From the NCBI GenBank assembly GCA_963789955.1, contig CAWBMV010000001.1, positions 800,001 to 864,000 on the forward strand: a stretch of DNA of 64,000 bases, in the 5' to 3' direction. The notes beneath the pieces were generated by a model, which saw only the letters and a program-made list of their open reading frames with translations, did no database searches and was not told the origin of the DNA. Shown piece by piece: positions 37,009 to 47,340 of this stretch. The translations under genes were made by a program, and so were the position numbers. Position 1 is the stretch's first letter. Every line of letters begins with the position of its first letter. The stretch comes from an uncultured Candidatus Rokubacteria bacterium (lineage in GTDB: Bacteria; Methylomirabilota; Methylomirabilia; Rokubacteriales; CSP1-6).

Positions 37009-37020
37009 GTGAGCGCTCAC
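37009..37020. promoter_or_regulatory. LacI-family-like operator palindrome GTGAGCGCTCAC
   Basis: Perfect 12-bp palindrome with central CG, in the intergenic region before the M23 gene. Confidence 0.35.
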
Positions 37021-37091
37021 CCATCCGGAAACTAGCGTGGTTACTGATTTTTTTAGCCCACGATCTGCCCGCTGTCGCTATCATGGTCGTG

Positions 37092-38339
37092 ATGCAAAGA
37101 CGCTCTCAAGCCGTTGCGGGTCTCCTGGCGGCGAGCATCGTCGGGCTCGCGGTGTCTTCCTATCTATATGTGTGGCCCGGCAGCGCGCCGGCGCCGCGCT
37201 GGCTGCCCGCTCCCAAAGCCGAAGCGCTCGTCGTTCCCGCGTATCCCGTAACGGTTCGGAGCGTCGAGATGCGCCGCGGCGACACGCTCGCGCAGGCGCT
37301 CACGCGGGGCGGTCTCCAGTCGCGCAGCGCCACCCTGCTCGCCACGCAGTTCGGAAAGAACGGCGCCGACCTCAGACGGATCCGGGCGGGCGCTACGATC
37401 GAGATCACCTGGAATTCCCGGAACGAGGCGACTCAGGTCCGATACGAGGCGAGCCCGTGGCTCTCCTTCGCCGCCCGCCCGGCGAACGGCAGCTGGCGGG
37501 TCGGCCGGGCCGAGACCGTCCCCGAGCTTCGGGTCGAGGCGGTGAGTGGTGTCGTCCAGCGGTCGCTCTTCGACGCGGTCGAGCGGACGGGCGAGTCGGC
37601 TCGGCTGGTGCTCGCCCTGGTCGAGATCTTCTCGTCGGACTTCGACTTCACCGCCGACACGCGCGCCGGCGACCGCTTCCGCCTGCTGGTCGAGAAGCGC
37701 TACGCGGGCGACGCCTTCGTCGACTACGGCCGGATCCTCGTCGCCCAGTATGCGAGCGGCGGCAAGACGCTCACGGGCGTCGGGTTCGATCGCGGCGTCT
37801 CGCACTTCGCCCACTACGATCTGGCGGGTCAGTCGCTCCGCAAGAGCTTCCTCAAGTCGCCCCTCGAGTTCTCACGTATCACCTCGGGCTTCACCTACGC
37901 GCGGCCGCATCCGATTCTCGGCGGCGTGCGCCCGCACCTGGCGATCGACTACGCGGCACCGGTCGGCACGCCGGTCCGCGCTGTCGCCGACGGCGTCGTC
38001 GTGCACGCCGGCTGGAACGGCGGCAACGGTATCCAGGTGCACATCCGCCATCGGTCGGGCTACGAGACCCAGTACAACCATCTCTCGCGGATTCCGTCGG
38101 ACATCCACGTCGGCACCCGTGTGCGGCAAAAGCAGATCATCGGCAGCGTCGGCGCCACCGGGCTGGCGACGGGACCGCATCTCGACTACCGCATCGTGCA
38201 CAACGGCACGTACGTGAATCCGCTCGGCGAGAAGTTCATCCCGGGCGATCCCATTCCTCCGCACCGCGCGGGCGGACTTCACCCGCCAGTCGCGGGACCT
38301 CGTCCGCCGCCTCGAGGCCGCCGCGCCGTTTTGATGTAG
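37092..38339 (+). CDS. Membrane-anchored M23 peptidoglycan endopeptidase (MepM/OapA-like); probable C-terminal frameshift
   Basis: N-terminal TM, RRGDTL, FLKSPL, HLAIDY, YNHLS and TGPHLDY. Alternative start at 37083. Confidence 0.9.
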   Translation: MQRRSQAVAGLLAASIVGLAVSSYLYVWPGSAPAPRWLPAPKAEALVVPAYPVTVRSVEMRRGDTLAQALTRGGLQSRSATLLATQFGKNGADLRRIRAGATIEITWNSRNEATQVRYEASPWLSFAARPANGSWRVGRAETVPELRVEAVSGVVQRSLFDAVERTGESARLVLALVEIFSSDFDFTADTRAGDRFRLLVEKRYAGDAFVDYGRILVAQYASGGKTLTGVGFDRGVSHFAHYDLAGQSLRKSFLKSPLEFSRITSGFTYARPHPILGGVRPHLAIDYAAPVGTPVRAVADGVVVHAGWNGGNGIQVHIRHRSGYETQYNHLSRIPSDIHVGTRVRQKQIIGSVGATGLATGPHLDYRIVHNGTYVNPLGEKFIPGDPIPPHRAGGLHPPVAGPRPPPRGRRAVLM

Positions 38340-38385
38340 ATCGGGCGCCCGAGCGCCGCTCCCGATCCCGAGGGCAAGGACCCGC

Positions 38386-39255
38386 CTACGCGCGCTTCTC
38401 GTCTCGTCGATCGCTTTCGACCGCTGGCAGCCAGAACGAGAAGGTCGCGCCCAGCCCCGAGGTGCTCTCGCACCGGATTTCGCCACCGAGTTGATCGATG
38501 AAGCGTTTCGCGATCGCGAGTCCGTAGCCGCTGGAGGGCTCGCCTGCGGAAGGCACGGGCCCGAGGCGGACGCCCGGAAGAAATAGGCGGGTCTGTTCCT
38601 CAGGACTCAAGCCCGGTCCTTCGTCCCGGACACTGCACGCGACGCCGCCGCGCTCGGCGTGCACCTGCACCCAGATGCACTTGGCCGCGGGCGAGTACTT
38701 CACGGCATTCGACAGGAGGTTGTCGAGCACGACTGCGACGACGACTCGATCCGTCCGGACGATCGGGACGTCATTCGCAGCGCTGAAGCGAAGGTCGATA
38801 TGCTTCTGGGCAGCGTGGCGCCGATAGTATGCACACGCCTTCTCGACCAGACGGGGCAGCTCGATGTCTTCCCATCGCAGGCTGATCTCGGCGCCCGTCG
38901 AGTTGCTCATCAGTTGGCTCACCGTATGGGTCATCAGATCGCTCGAGTGCGAAAGGCTCTCGAGCCACGCTTGGACTTGACGGTTCGGATGGTCACGCAA
39001 CACCTCGAGCAGGAGGTCGACGACAGCCACCGAGACCGTCAGGAAGTTGTTGAGCGCGTGGGCGGTGAGTGCGATGGATCGCCGATCGAGCGCCGGCAGC
39101 TTGTCGAGCTCCGCGACAGCCTGCTCCAGGCTCGCCTGCGCCTTGGCAATCGCTGCGGAGGCCGCGATCTTCGGATCGGACAATCGTTTCCCCTGTTCGA
39201 AGTCTTCTATCGCGGTTCGGACGCCCGGCCCATCGGATCTTGGTCCGATGCCCAC
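38386..39255 (-). CDS. Orphan histidine kinase (HisKA-like + HATPase_c), no sensor domain
   Basis: AHALNNFLT H-box, NLLSNAVKYS, VRDEGPGL, GYGLAI and GATFSFWLP. Start is uncertain. Confidence 0.85.
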   Translation of the reverse strand: MGIGPRSDGPGVRTAIEDFEQGKRLSDPKIAASAAIAKAQASLEQAVAELDKLPALDRRSIALTAHALNNFLTVSVAVVDLLLEVLRDHPNRQVQAWLESLSHSSDLMTHTVSQLMSNSTGAEISLRWEDIELPRLVEKACAYYRRHAAQKHIDLRFSAANDVPIVRTDRVVVAVVLDNLLSNAVKYSPAAKCIWVQVHAERGGVACSVRDEGPGLSPEEQTRLFLPGVRLGPVPSAGEPSSGYGLAIAKRFIDQLGGEIRCESTSGLGATFSFWLPAVESDRRDEKRA

Positions 39256-39436
39256 GAGCCCCGTGTGCTGACTGATCCTCGCGTCGGAATCGTCTGATCG
39301 TCACCCCCACAAGACCGGTGGAGCTCAAGCATTCCGCGGGCTTGGCGCCCGAACGGCCCTACGCCGCGAGGCTCCGCGAAACTACGGTGAACTTGGAGGT
39401 GGATGGTAGGATCAAGCCCGTCGTGAAAGGAGTTCC

Positions 39437-41092
39437 GTGGAGCCCGTCGTCCGACTGATTCCCCTGGGAGGTCTCGGCGAGATCGGCCTCAACATGATGC
39501 TGATCGAGTCCGGCGAGGACTTGATCGCGGTCGACTGTGGACTCATGTTCCCCGACGACGAGCTCCCCGGTATCGACCACGTCATCCCCGATTTCTCGTA
39601 TGTGCTCGGCCGGCGTGAAGCGTTCCGCGCGGTCGTCCTGACCCATGGCCACGAGGACCACATCGGCGCGCTCCCGTACCTGCTGCGCGAGGCGCCCGTG
39701 CCTGTGTACGGCACGCCCTTGACCCTGGCGCTCGTGGCGGAGCGGCTCCGGGAGCACGGCCTCGCCGAGACGGCGGATCTGCGCGTGATCCGCCCGCGCG
39801 ACCGCATCGAGGCCGGCTCGCTCGGCGTCGAGGCGATCCGCGTCACGCACTCGATCGTCGACGGCATCGGGCTGGCGATCGACACGCCGGTGGGGACCAT
39901 CGTCCACACCGGCGACTTCAAGCTCGATCCCAGTCCGCTCGACGGTGAGCTGCCCGACTATCGGCGCTTCGCGGAGCTCGGGGAGCAGGGCGTGATCGTG
40001 TTGTGCTCGGACTCCACGAACGTGGATCGCCCGGGCCACACGCGCTCGGAAATGGACGTGGGGGAGGCGCTCGGCGCGCGCTTCGACACGGCGACCGGGC
40101 GCATCATCGTGGCGACCTTCGCGTCGCACATCCATCGGATCCAGCACGTGCTCACGCTCGCGGCCCGTACGGGGCGGCGCGTCGCGCTGCTCGGGATGAG
40201 CATGCAGCGGAACGTGACGATCGCCGCCGACCTCGGCTACCTGCGTGTGCCCGAGAACGTCCTGGTGGAGCTCGAGGATCTCGCCGAGCTGCCCGCGGAT
40301 CGCCAGGTGATTCTCTCGACGGGGAGCCAGGGCGAGCCGCACTCGGCGCTGGCGCTGATGGCATCCTCGGAGCACAAGTACGTGCGGATCGAGCGCGGCG
40401 ACCTCGTGATCATCTCGGCCCGCGTGATTCCCGGCAACGAGCGCACGATCGGGCGCGTCGTCAACGCGCTCTATCGCCTCGGCGCCGAGGTCCTCTACGA
40501 GGACAACGCGTTCGTCCACGTGTCGGGCCACGCGAGCCAGGAAGATCTGAAGATGATGTTCAACCTGACCCGGCCGCGCTACTTCATCCCGGTGCACGGC
40601 GAGTACCGTCATCTCCTCAGCCACGCGCGGCTCGCCGAGAGCGTCGGCATCGGACCCGACCGCGTCTTCTTGATCGAGGACGGCATGGGCGTCGAGGTCT
40701 CGAAGAGCGAGGCGCATCTGGCCGGCCGCTTTCCGGCAGGGCGCGTGCTGGTCGACGGCAAGTCGGTCGGCGACATCGGCGCCGTGGTCCTCCGCGACCG
40801 GCAGCTGCTCGCCGAGGACGGGTTGATCGCGGTCTCGCTCGCTGTCGACCGCGACGGCACCGTGCTCGCGGGGCCCGAGATCGCCTCGCGCGGCTTCGTC
40901 TATGTGAAGGAGAACGAGCCCTTGCTCGAGGAGCTCAAGAAGGCCGTCGTCACCGCGCTCGCCGAGCGCGCCCCCGACGTGCCGTTCGATCGCGAATTGA
41001 TGAGCGCGACGGTGCGCACGGCGGTTCGGCAGTTCGTCAACCAGCGGTTCCGGCGGCGCCCGGTCGTGCTGCCGATCATTCTGGAGGTCTGA
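39437..41092 (+). CDS. rnj: Ribonuclease J
   Basis: PLGGLGEIG, THGHEDHIG, TGDFK, TGSQGEP and HVSGHA. Confidence 0.96.
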   Translation: MEPVVRLIPLGGLGEIGLNMMLIESGEDLIAVDCGLMFPDDELPGIDHVIPDFSYVLGRREAFRAVVLTHGHEDHIGALPYLLREAPVPVYGTPLTLALVAERLREHGLAETADLRVIRPRDRIEAGSLGVEAIRVTHSIVDGIGLAIDTPVGTIVHTGDFKLDPSPLDGELPDYRRFAELGEQGVIVLCSDSTNVDRPGHTRSEMDVGEALGARFDTATGRIIVATFASHIHRIQHVLTLAARTGRRVALLGMSMQRNVTIAADLGYLRVPENVLVELEDLAELPADRQVILSTGSQGEPHSALALMASSEHKYVRIERGDLVIISARVIPGNERTIGRVVNALYRLGAEVLYEDNAFVHVSGHASQEDLKMMFNLTRPRYFIPVHGEYRHLLSHARLAESVGIGPDRVFLIEDGMGVEVSKSEAHLAGRFPAGRVLVDGKSVGDIGAVVLRDRQLLAEDGLIAVSLAVDRDGTVLAGPEIASRGFVYVKENEPLLEELKKAVVTALAERAPDVPFDRELMSATVRTAVRQFVNQRFRRRPVVLPIILEV

Positions 41093-43260
41093 TGGCAACC
41101 GTCGTCTCGACGGAAGGGAAATCGACTGACAGCAGGCCCCGGCGCCGCCGCAAGCGCGGCAGCGATCGCTGGGTGAGCGAAGTGAAGGGTATCGCGGCGC
41201 TGCTGGCCGCGGGCTTCGGTCTCATCGCGCTCGCGACCTTCGATCCGACCGTGACACCCGCCGAGCAGCAGGGGTTGACTGGCCCCGTCGGTGTCTGGCT
41301 CGGGTGGGCCATGTTCCAATCACTCGGCTACGCCGGTTTCCTTCTGCCGCTCCTGCTCGGCGCCTGGGGCGCCTCGGCGTTCCTGCGTCCGATCGTCGTC
41401 CGGGGCTGGGTCCCGCTGGCCGGGCTCGGCGCGCTCCTCATCGCCGCCGCGGGGTTGCTCACGCAGGCCACGAGCGTGCGGAGCGGCGCGATCGGTGGCG
41501 GTCTCATCGGCTACGCGACCGCCGGCGCGCTCCAGGCGGGATTCGGCAACGTCGGCACCTGGCTCGTGCTGGTCGCCGCGATTCCGATCGGCGTCTTGTG
41601 CGTGACGCGCGTCTCTTACGCGGCCGTGGTGCGTATCACGACGGCGCGACTGACGAGGCTCAAGCGGCGTAAAGCCCAGTCAACCGCCGCCGTGCGGGTG
41701 ACGCCGGAGCCCCTGCCGGCGCTGGAGCCGCAGGCAACGGAGGCCATGCCGCTCCCGGTAGTCGTCGAGCCCTCGCGCCCGCGCGGGCGCCTGGCCGAGC
41801 AGGGGCTCGCGTGGCAGGAGACGTTCGACTTCGGCCGCGGTGGCGCCGCGACCTTCCAGCTGCCGCCGGTCGGGCTCCTCAAGGTGCCGCCCGCGTCCGA
41901 GCTCAAGCGCACGCGCGAGGAGCTCCAGGACAACGCCGAGACGATTCGGAGGAAGCTGCAAGATTTCGAGGTCGAGGGCCGGATCGTTCAGGTGAGCCCG
42001 GGCCCCGTCATCACGTCGTACGAGTTCGAGCCGGCGACCGGCGTCAAGATCAGCCAGGTCGTGAACCTCGGCGACGATCTGGCGCTGGCCCTGAAGTCCG
42101 CCTCCGTGAGGATCGTCGGACCCATCCCGGGCCGCGGCACTGTCGCGATCGAGGTGCCGAACTCCGAGGCGGTGACCGTGTATTTGCGCGAGATCTTCGT
42201 CTCGGCGGAGTTCGCGGAGTCCAAGGGGCGTCTCCCGCTGGCCCTCGGCAAGGACGTGAATGGCACGCCGGTGGTCTCCGATCTGACGTCCATGCCGCAT
42301 CTCCTGGTCGCGGGCGCCACCGGCAGCGGCAAGTCGGTCGGGCTCAACTCGATGATCTGCTCGATCCTCTACAAGGCCACGCCGGCCGACGTGAGATTCC
42401 TGCTGATCGACCCCAAGCGCCTGGAGCTCAGCATCTACGAGGGCATTCCGCATCTGCTGGCGCCGGTCGTCACGGACGCGAAAGAGGCCGCGGCGCGGCT
42501 GCGCTGGATCGTCGGCAAGATGGACGAGCGCTACAAGACGCTCCAGCTCAAGCAGGTCCGGAACATCGAGGGCTACAACAAAGTGGTCGGCCCGGAAGAA
42601 AGGCTCCCGTACTGGGTCGTCGTCGTCGACGAGCTGGCGGACCTCATGATGGTCTCGGCCGGCGAGGTGCAGACTTCGCTGGTGCGTCTGGCCCAGATCG
42701 CGCGGGCGGTCGGGATCCATCTGATCATCGCGACCCAGCGCCCCTCCGTCGACGTCGTGACCGGCTTGATCAAGGCGAACTTCCCGACGCGCATCGCGTT
42801 CCAGGTCGCGTCGAAGGTGGATTCGAGAACCGTGCTCGACGGCAACGGCGCCGAGCAGCTGCTCGGCCGCGGCGACATGATCTTCGTCCCGCCCGGCGCG
42901 AACAAGCAGACGCGCGTGCACGGCGCCTGGGTGGCCGACGACGAGGTGCGCGCGGTGTGCGACTTCCTGCGCAAGCAAGGGACCGCGGTGTACGAAGAGG
43001 TCGTGCTGGCGACCGAGGAAGAGGTGGCCGCCGGTGCCGACGCCGATCGCGACGATCTCTACTGGGACGCCGTGCACCTCGTGATCGGCCAGCGTCAGGC
43101 CTCGATCTCGTTCCTGCAGCGGCGCATGCGCCTGGGCTATCCGAAGGCGGCGCGCTTCGTCGACATGATGGAGCAGGATCGGGTGATCGGGCCGGGCGAC
43201 GGCGCCAAGCCGCGCGAGGTCCTGGTCGGCCCGGAATATCTCGCGAAGCGCGGCAAGTAG
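41092..43260 (+). CDS. ftsK: DNA translocase FtsK/SpoIIIE
   Basis: N-terminal TMs, PHLLVAGATGSGKS, IDPK, DELADLM, ATQRPSVDV and gamma domain QRRMRLGY. Confidence 0.96.
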   Translation: MATVVSTEGKSTDSRPRRRRKRGSDRWVSEVKGIAALLAAGFGLIALATFDPTVTPAEQQGLTGPVGVWLGWAMFQSLGYAGFLLPLLLGAWGASAFLRPIVVRGWVPLAGLGALLIAAAGLLTQATSVRSGAIGGGLIGYATAGALQAGFGNVGTWLVLVAAIPIGVLCVTRVSYAAVVRITTARLTRLKRRKAQSTAAVRVTPEPLPALEPQATEAMPLPVVVEPSRPRGRLAEQGLAWQETFDFGRGGAATFQLPPVGLLKVPPASELKRTREELQDNAETIRRKLQDFEVEGRIVQVSPGPVITSYEFEPATGVKISQVVNLGDDLALALKSASVRIVGPIPGRGTVAIEVPNSEAVTVYLREIFVSAEFAESKGRLPLALGKDVNGTPVVSDLTSMPHLLVAGATGSGKSVGLNSMICSILYKATPADVRFLLIDPKRLELSIYEGIPHLLAPVVTDAKEAAARLRWIVGKMDERYKTLQLKQVRNIEGYNKVVGPEERLPYWVVVVDELADLMMVSAGEVQTSLVRLAQIARAVGIHLIIATQRPSVDVVTGLIKANFPTRIAFQVASKVDSRTVLDGNGAEQLLGRGDMIFVPPGANKQTRVHGAWVADDEVRAVCDFLRKQGTAVYEEVVLATEEEVAAGADADRDDLYWDAVHLVIGQRQASISFLQRRMRLGYPKAARFVDMMEQDRVIGPGDGAKPREVLVGPEYLAKRGK

Positions 43261-43306
43261 CGCGAGGCTCGCGGCCGCTCGCGGGGGCGGTACAATTCGG
43301 CGCGAT

Positions 43307-43834
43307 ATGACCCGTGCGCTCGCGATCGCGGTTCTGGCTGTGCTCGCCGCGTCGTTGGTCCGGTCCGGTCCGCGCGCGGCCGCCGCTGATGATCTGCGCG
43401 ACGCGCTTCGCCCCTGCACACGCGGCGACCTCATCGGGACCTGGGCGATGATTCGCCTCGGCACCGCCCACTCGGTCCGCGTCGACGAGTCAGATCCGTA
43501 CTTCTATCCGTACCAGCGGTACGCCTTTTCGGCCGACCGGAGCATGCGCCATCTCACGGCGACGGCGCCCGTCGGTCCGGAGGAACAGCAGGCGATTCTG
43601 TCGGCGCCGCCGACGACCACGTGGACGGTCGACGACAAGGGGCGGTTGCTCACGCGAAAGGGCGGTGCGACGGCACCGGAGATCGACGCCTGTCAGATCT
43701 TGCTAGCGAAGGTCAGCGACCCGAGAAGCCCGGTCCCTGGGCTCCCGGGTGACCTGCTGCTGACCCACTACGGCGAGGACGGCAAGCCGGTCGCGCGCCG
43801 GCTCCTGCGGAAGATGTCCGGACCGAGAGAGTAA
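43307..43834 (+). CDS. Hypothetical secreted protein (lipocalin-like LIGTW motif)
   Basis: Signal peptide ending AAA; TACAAT 10 nt upstream of the ATG. Confidence 0.7.
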   Translation: MTRALAIAVLAVLAASLVRSGPRAAAADDLRDALRPCTRGDLIGTWAMIRLGTAHSVRVDESDPYFYPYQRYAFSADRSMRHLTATAPVGPEEQQAILSAPPTTTWTVDDKGRLLTRKGGATAPEIDACQILLAKVSDPRSPVPGLPGDLLLTHYGEDGKPVARRLLRKMSGPRE

Positions 43835-43951
43835 CGAGCCGGCGCGCGGCCTCGAGGGCCAGACGAGCTCGAGGACACCCAGGATCAGGAGCGCGCAGGC
43901 GCCCAACGTCGCGAGCAGGATCAGGACCTCTTCCCGCACCCACGGCTCCAC
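43703..43951 (-). CDS. Possible small single-TM protein
   Basis: VLILLATLGACALLILGVLELVW hydrophobic helix; the 3' part overlaps the convergent gene. Confidence 0.35.
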   Translation of the reverse strand: MEPWVREEVLILLATLGACALLILGVLELVWPSRPRAGSLLSRSGHLPQEPARDRLAVLAVVGQQQVTREPRDRASRVADLR

Positions 43952-43999
43952 ATCTTCGATTTAATCCGGAGCGCGCCCGACCACCAAGAAAATACGCGC

Positions 44000-45411
44000 T
44001 CAGTACCGGATCCGTACGCGGTAGGTGAGCTTGGCCGCGCCCTCTTTGGGCACGGGGATCTGGTACTTGAGTGTGTGGGCCTGGATTTTCTCGTACGTGT
44101 GACTCGAGCTGACCACCTGCCAGTCGCCCGGCACGGGCTCGATGACGGTGACCGTCTGCGCCTCGGTCTTGTGGTTGCGGAGCGCGATCTCCCACTCGAT
44201 CTCGTAGAGGTTCGAGGCGAGCTTCTTGAAGTCCTTCTGGGTGCGCTCGCCCACCAGGTCGAACGCGTTGCCCAGCTTGATCTTCACGCGCTCGTCCTTG
44301 GGCGTGTGGTCGATCCAGTCCTCGCCGATGAACTGCTGGCTGCCCGAGGCGTCGGCCTTGTAGACGCGCACCTTGCCCTTGGGCAGCGGCAGGCCCAGCC
44401 GGTTCTCCTTGCTGTTCTTCACCTCGAGATAGACCGCCACCTTCTGATTCGAGATCGGCATACCGTAGGCAGTTGCGGTAGTAGTCGGCGGCGCCGTAGT
44501 AGATCAGCTCCTTCGTGATCGGGATCTCGCTCGACGACAGCAGCGAGAGCTGCTTGGTCTGGTTGTCCTTGATCGTCGTGCGGCCGTCGAGCGTGTAGAG
44601 GTGATACTCGAAGAAGCCTTCCGACACGAAGTCGTGGCTGGCGACCGCGGGCGACACCGCCTTGGCCGCCAGCTCCATCATCCGCTGATCGCGGCGCGCG
44701 TCCGGCGCCCGATTCACGTCGCCGGCGACCAGCTTGAGCGCGGCGTTGCCGTAGGTGGCGCCGCTCTTGTTGTCGATCGTCACCCAGCCGGTGAGGTCCG
44801 ACCGCGTGTCGGCGGCGTTCAGCACCATCACGTAGTCGGCCTTCCACGTGATCCCGCTCGTGAGATACGAGGCCTCCACGCGCTGCGGCCGCGCCGGTCT
44901 GGTTGCGCAGGAGCCACACGAGCGTCGGCTTGGAGACGAGATTCTCGGGCAGCGAGGGCAGGACGAGCCGGCCGTAGTGGCCCATGTGGATCTGGCCGTT
45001 GATCTCGAAGACCGGACCGTCGGTGGAGAGCAGGGTGGCCTCGTGATAGGTGCCGTCGCTCTGATAGAGCCGGACCTTGTGGCCGACGTACTTCTCCATC
45101 AGCTTCTGGCTCGTCAGGAGATCGTACTCGTAGTTCTGTTCGAGGATCTTGAGCCCGGGGGCGTCGGTGATCGATTTGAGATGGACCGTGGTCGGATCGA
45201 TCAGCGCCGCCACGTCCATGAACTGCACCTCGGTCTGTCCCGCCGGAAAGCGTACTTCCCGGAGGTCCTTCACGAGGCCGAGGTTGCCGTTGTAGATCGT
45301 CACCATCACGTCGCGCTGGTCGTCGCGCGTCACGCTCACCGGCGCCGCCGCCGCGGGCTGGCCGGTCGTGAGCGCGACTATCAGAAGCGTGGCAATCAAC
45401 GGGGTTCTCAT
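44000..45411 (-). CDS. Secreted DUF4139-domain protein; two frameshifts (~44460, ~44885)
   Basis: Signal peptide, VTIYNGNLGLVKD, EQNYEYDL, SYLTSGITWKADY, LPKGKVRVY and IDHTPKDE. Confidence 0.85.
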
Positions 45412-45453
45412 GACGTCGTTCCTCCGGTCTTCCGGATATCGGCTGCTATCGAG

Positions 45454-45481
45454 TTAGACCGGAGCAGGCGGCGGAAGTTCC
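45454..45481 (-). promoter_or_regulatory. ECF (sigmaE-like) promoter of the DUF4139 gene: GGAACT-N16-GTCTAA
   Basis: Minus strand reads GGAACTtccgccgcctgctccgGTCTAAct. SD GGAGG follows, then ATG 45411. Confidence 0.8.
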
Positions 45482-45508
45482 GGCGGCGGGTTCCTGCAGG
45501 CGGGCGGA

Positions 45509-46571
45509 TCAGCCGGAAATTCGTAGCAGGACGCGGACCTGAGCGGGAAGCGCGGCCGGCTCCCGGGTCGGCTGCCATCGACCGAGGCGCGCGAGCTCGC
45601 GCGAGAGCTCGGCGTACGCATCGCGCTGGATCGTGAGCTCGAGGATGAGACCGTCGGCGCGGTCGGTCCGGCGGGTTTCCGTGGCGCCCAGGCGCGCGAT
45701 GAGCTCGCTGACCTTGCCAAGCGCCACGTCGCGGTCGCTGACCGCCAGCTGGCCCAAAACGTCGGGCGGCGGCGCGAGTGCCGATGAGGCGACCGCCGGC
45801 GGTGGCGGTGGAGCCTGGGCCACATAGTTGTCAGCGAGCGCGCCGGGTGCGCGCGGAGCTTGAAGCTTCCCGCTCGCGATCGCGGGCTGCTGCTCGGCGA
45901 ACACCGGTGGCGTCGCCTGCTTCGCCCGACGATCCACCTCCTGGCGAACGTCGGCATCGCGCGAGGAGAGCGCCTCGGGCTTCTGAGCCCTGGCGGGCGC
46001 GGGCGCGCGGCTCCGTCGCCTTCTGCGGCTCCGGCGCCTCCTTGGCCTCCCGTCTTGGCGAGCGCTTGCGCCTGATCTTTGGCCGGCGCCTGATCTCGCA
46101 GGGCGTCGACCTTTCTCTCCAGTGAGGTCGGGTGTGGCGGTAGAGGTACGTCGCCACGGTCGGCGCCGCGCTCTCGGGCGCTTGGGCGACCACGGGAACA
46201 GGTTGCTCCAGGCGTGTCGCCAGCTCGAGCTCCGGGGTTCCGCGGTACACCAGCGCCACGCCGACGGCGACCAGGACGACGGCGGCAGCTTCCATGGGAA
46301 GCTTCACCGGCCAGGGCAGGAAGAGGCCGCGGACCAGACGCCGTGGCCAGGAGACGGGCCGCGCCGCCTCGAGCACGCGATCGACGAAACCGGCCGGCGC
46401 GCGGACCGGCGCCACCGCGCGCACCAGCGACACCGTGTCGCGGAAGCGCTGGAGCTCGCGGCGGCAATCGGCGCACGTCGCCAGATGGGCGTCGAGGGCG
46501 GCGCGCCCGTCGGCGGCGAGCGCGTCGTCCACCAGCGCCGAGAACTGCTCGCGCGCGTCGTGACAGGTCAT
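45509..46571 (-). CDS. Zinc-binding (zf-HC2) membrane anti-sigma factor; frameshifted
   Basis: HLATCADC (HxxxCxxC), a TM helix, a Pro/Ala-rich linker and a C-terminal domain. Overlaps the sigma stop. Confidence 0.85.
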
Positions 46572-47125
46572 GGCAGGAACCGTTCGAGCTTGTCGCGCAG
46601 ATCCATTCGCGCGCGATGGAGCCGCGATCTCACGGTGCCGAGCTCGATCTCCAGCGCCGCGGCGATCTCCTCGTACGAGAGCCCTTCGAGATCGCGCAGC
46701 ACGACCACGATGCGCCGCTCGTCGCTGAGCTCGGCGATCGCCCGGTGCAGCGCAGTCTCCAGCTCGCTTCGCTCCATCTCATCGGCCGGGCCGATCTCGC
46801 GCGAGGCCAGCCGGGCCAGGGTTTCCTCGCCCTGGCGCGCCATGCGGCGCTCGCCGGACGTCAGGCGGTTCAGGCATAGCCGCGAGGTGATCGCGTAGAG
46901 CCACGTCGAGAGCTTCGACTCGCCGCGGAACTCGCCGATGGCTCGATGGACGCGCAGAAAGACCTCCTGGGCGAGCTCCTCGGCTTCCGCGCGATTGCCG
47001 ACCATGCGGAGCGCGACGCCGAAGACGCGGTGCTGGTAGGCGATCACCAGATCCTCGAACGCTCGAGGCTCGCCACGCCGGAGCCGGTCCACCAGGGAGC
47101 TGTCATCGCCGGTCCGTCCTTCCAT
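46568..47125 (-). CDS. ECF RNA polymerase sigma factor
   Basis: AEELAQEVFL, STWLYAI and EGLSYEEIA...GTVRSRLHRAR. Confidence 0.95.
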   Translation of the reverse strand: MEGRTGDDSSLVDRLRRGEPRAFEDLVIAYQHRVFGVALRMVGNRAEAEELAQEVFLRVHRAIGEFRGESKLSTWLYAITSRLCLNRLTSGERRMARQGEETLARLASREIGPADEMERSELETALHRAIAELSDERRIVVVLRDLEGLSYEEIAAALEIELGTVRSRLHRARMDLRDKLERFLP

Positions 47126-47129
47126 CCAG

Positions 47130-47157
47130 TTAGACCATACCGCCCGCCCGGGGTTCC
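47130..47157 (-). promoter_or_regulatory. Autoregulatory ECF promoter GGAACC-N16-GTCTAA, 4 nt before the sigma ATG
   Basis: Minus strand reads GGAACCccgggcgggcggtatgGTCTAActggATG, the same motif as at 45454-45481. Confidence 0.8.
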
Positions 47158-47340
47158 CCCGGCTCCAAATTCTGCGCACCGCCGGGTGACGCGTTGCGCA
47201 TGTGCGCGGGGAGCCCCATACTGCCGAGAACCGCCGCGCCAAACGGCCGGTGTAGCTCGCGCGGCGGATCATTCGTGCCGCCGGGCGCCTCGGGGCCGGG
47301 GCCCGCGACCGAGGCGCGAAACGGGATCGAAAGGGGCGCA

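Noticed and set aside
40003..41091. N-terminal extension making FtsK 1085 aa, and other long overlapping or antisense ORFs (e.g. 1638-3353, 15351-17144, 27562-29301, 52750-54549)
   Set aside because: Shadow ORFs typical of high-GC DNA: Arg/Ala/Gly-rich, without motifs, and overlapping well-supported genes.
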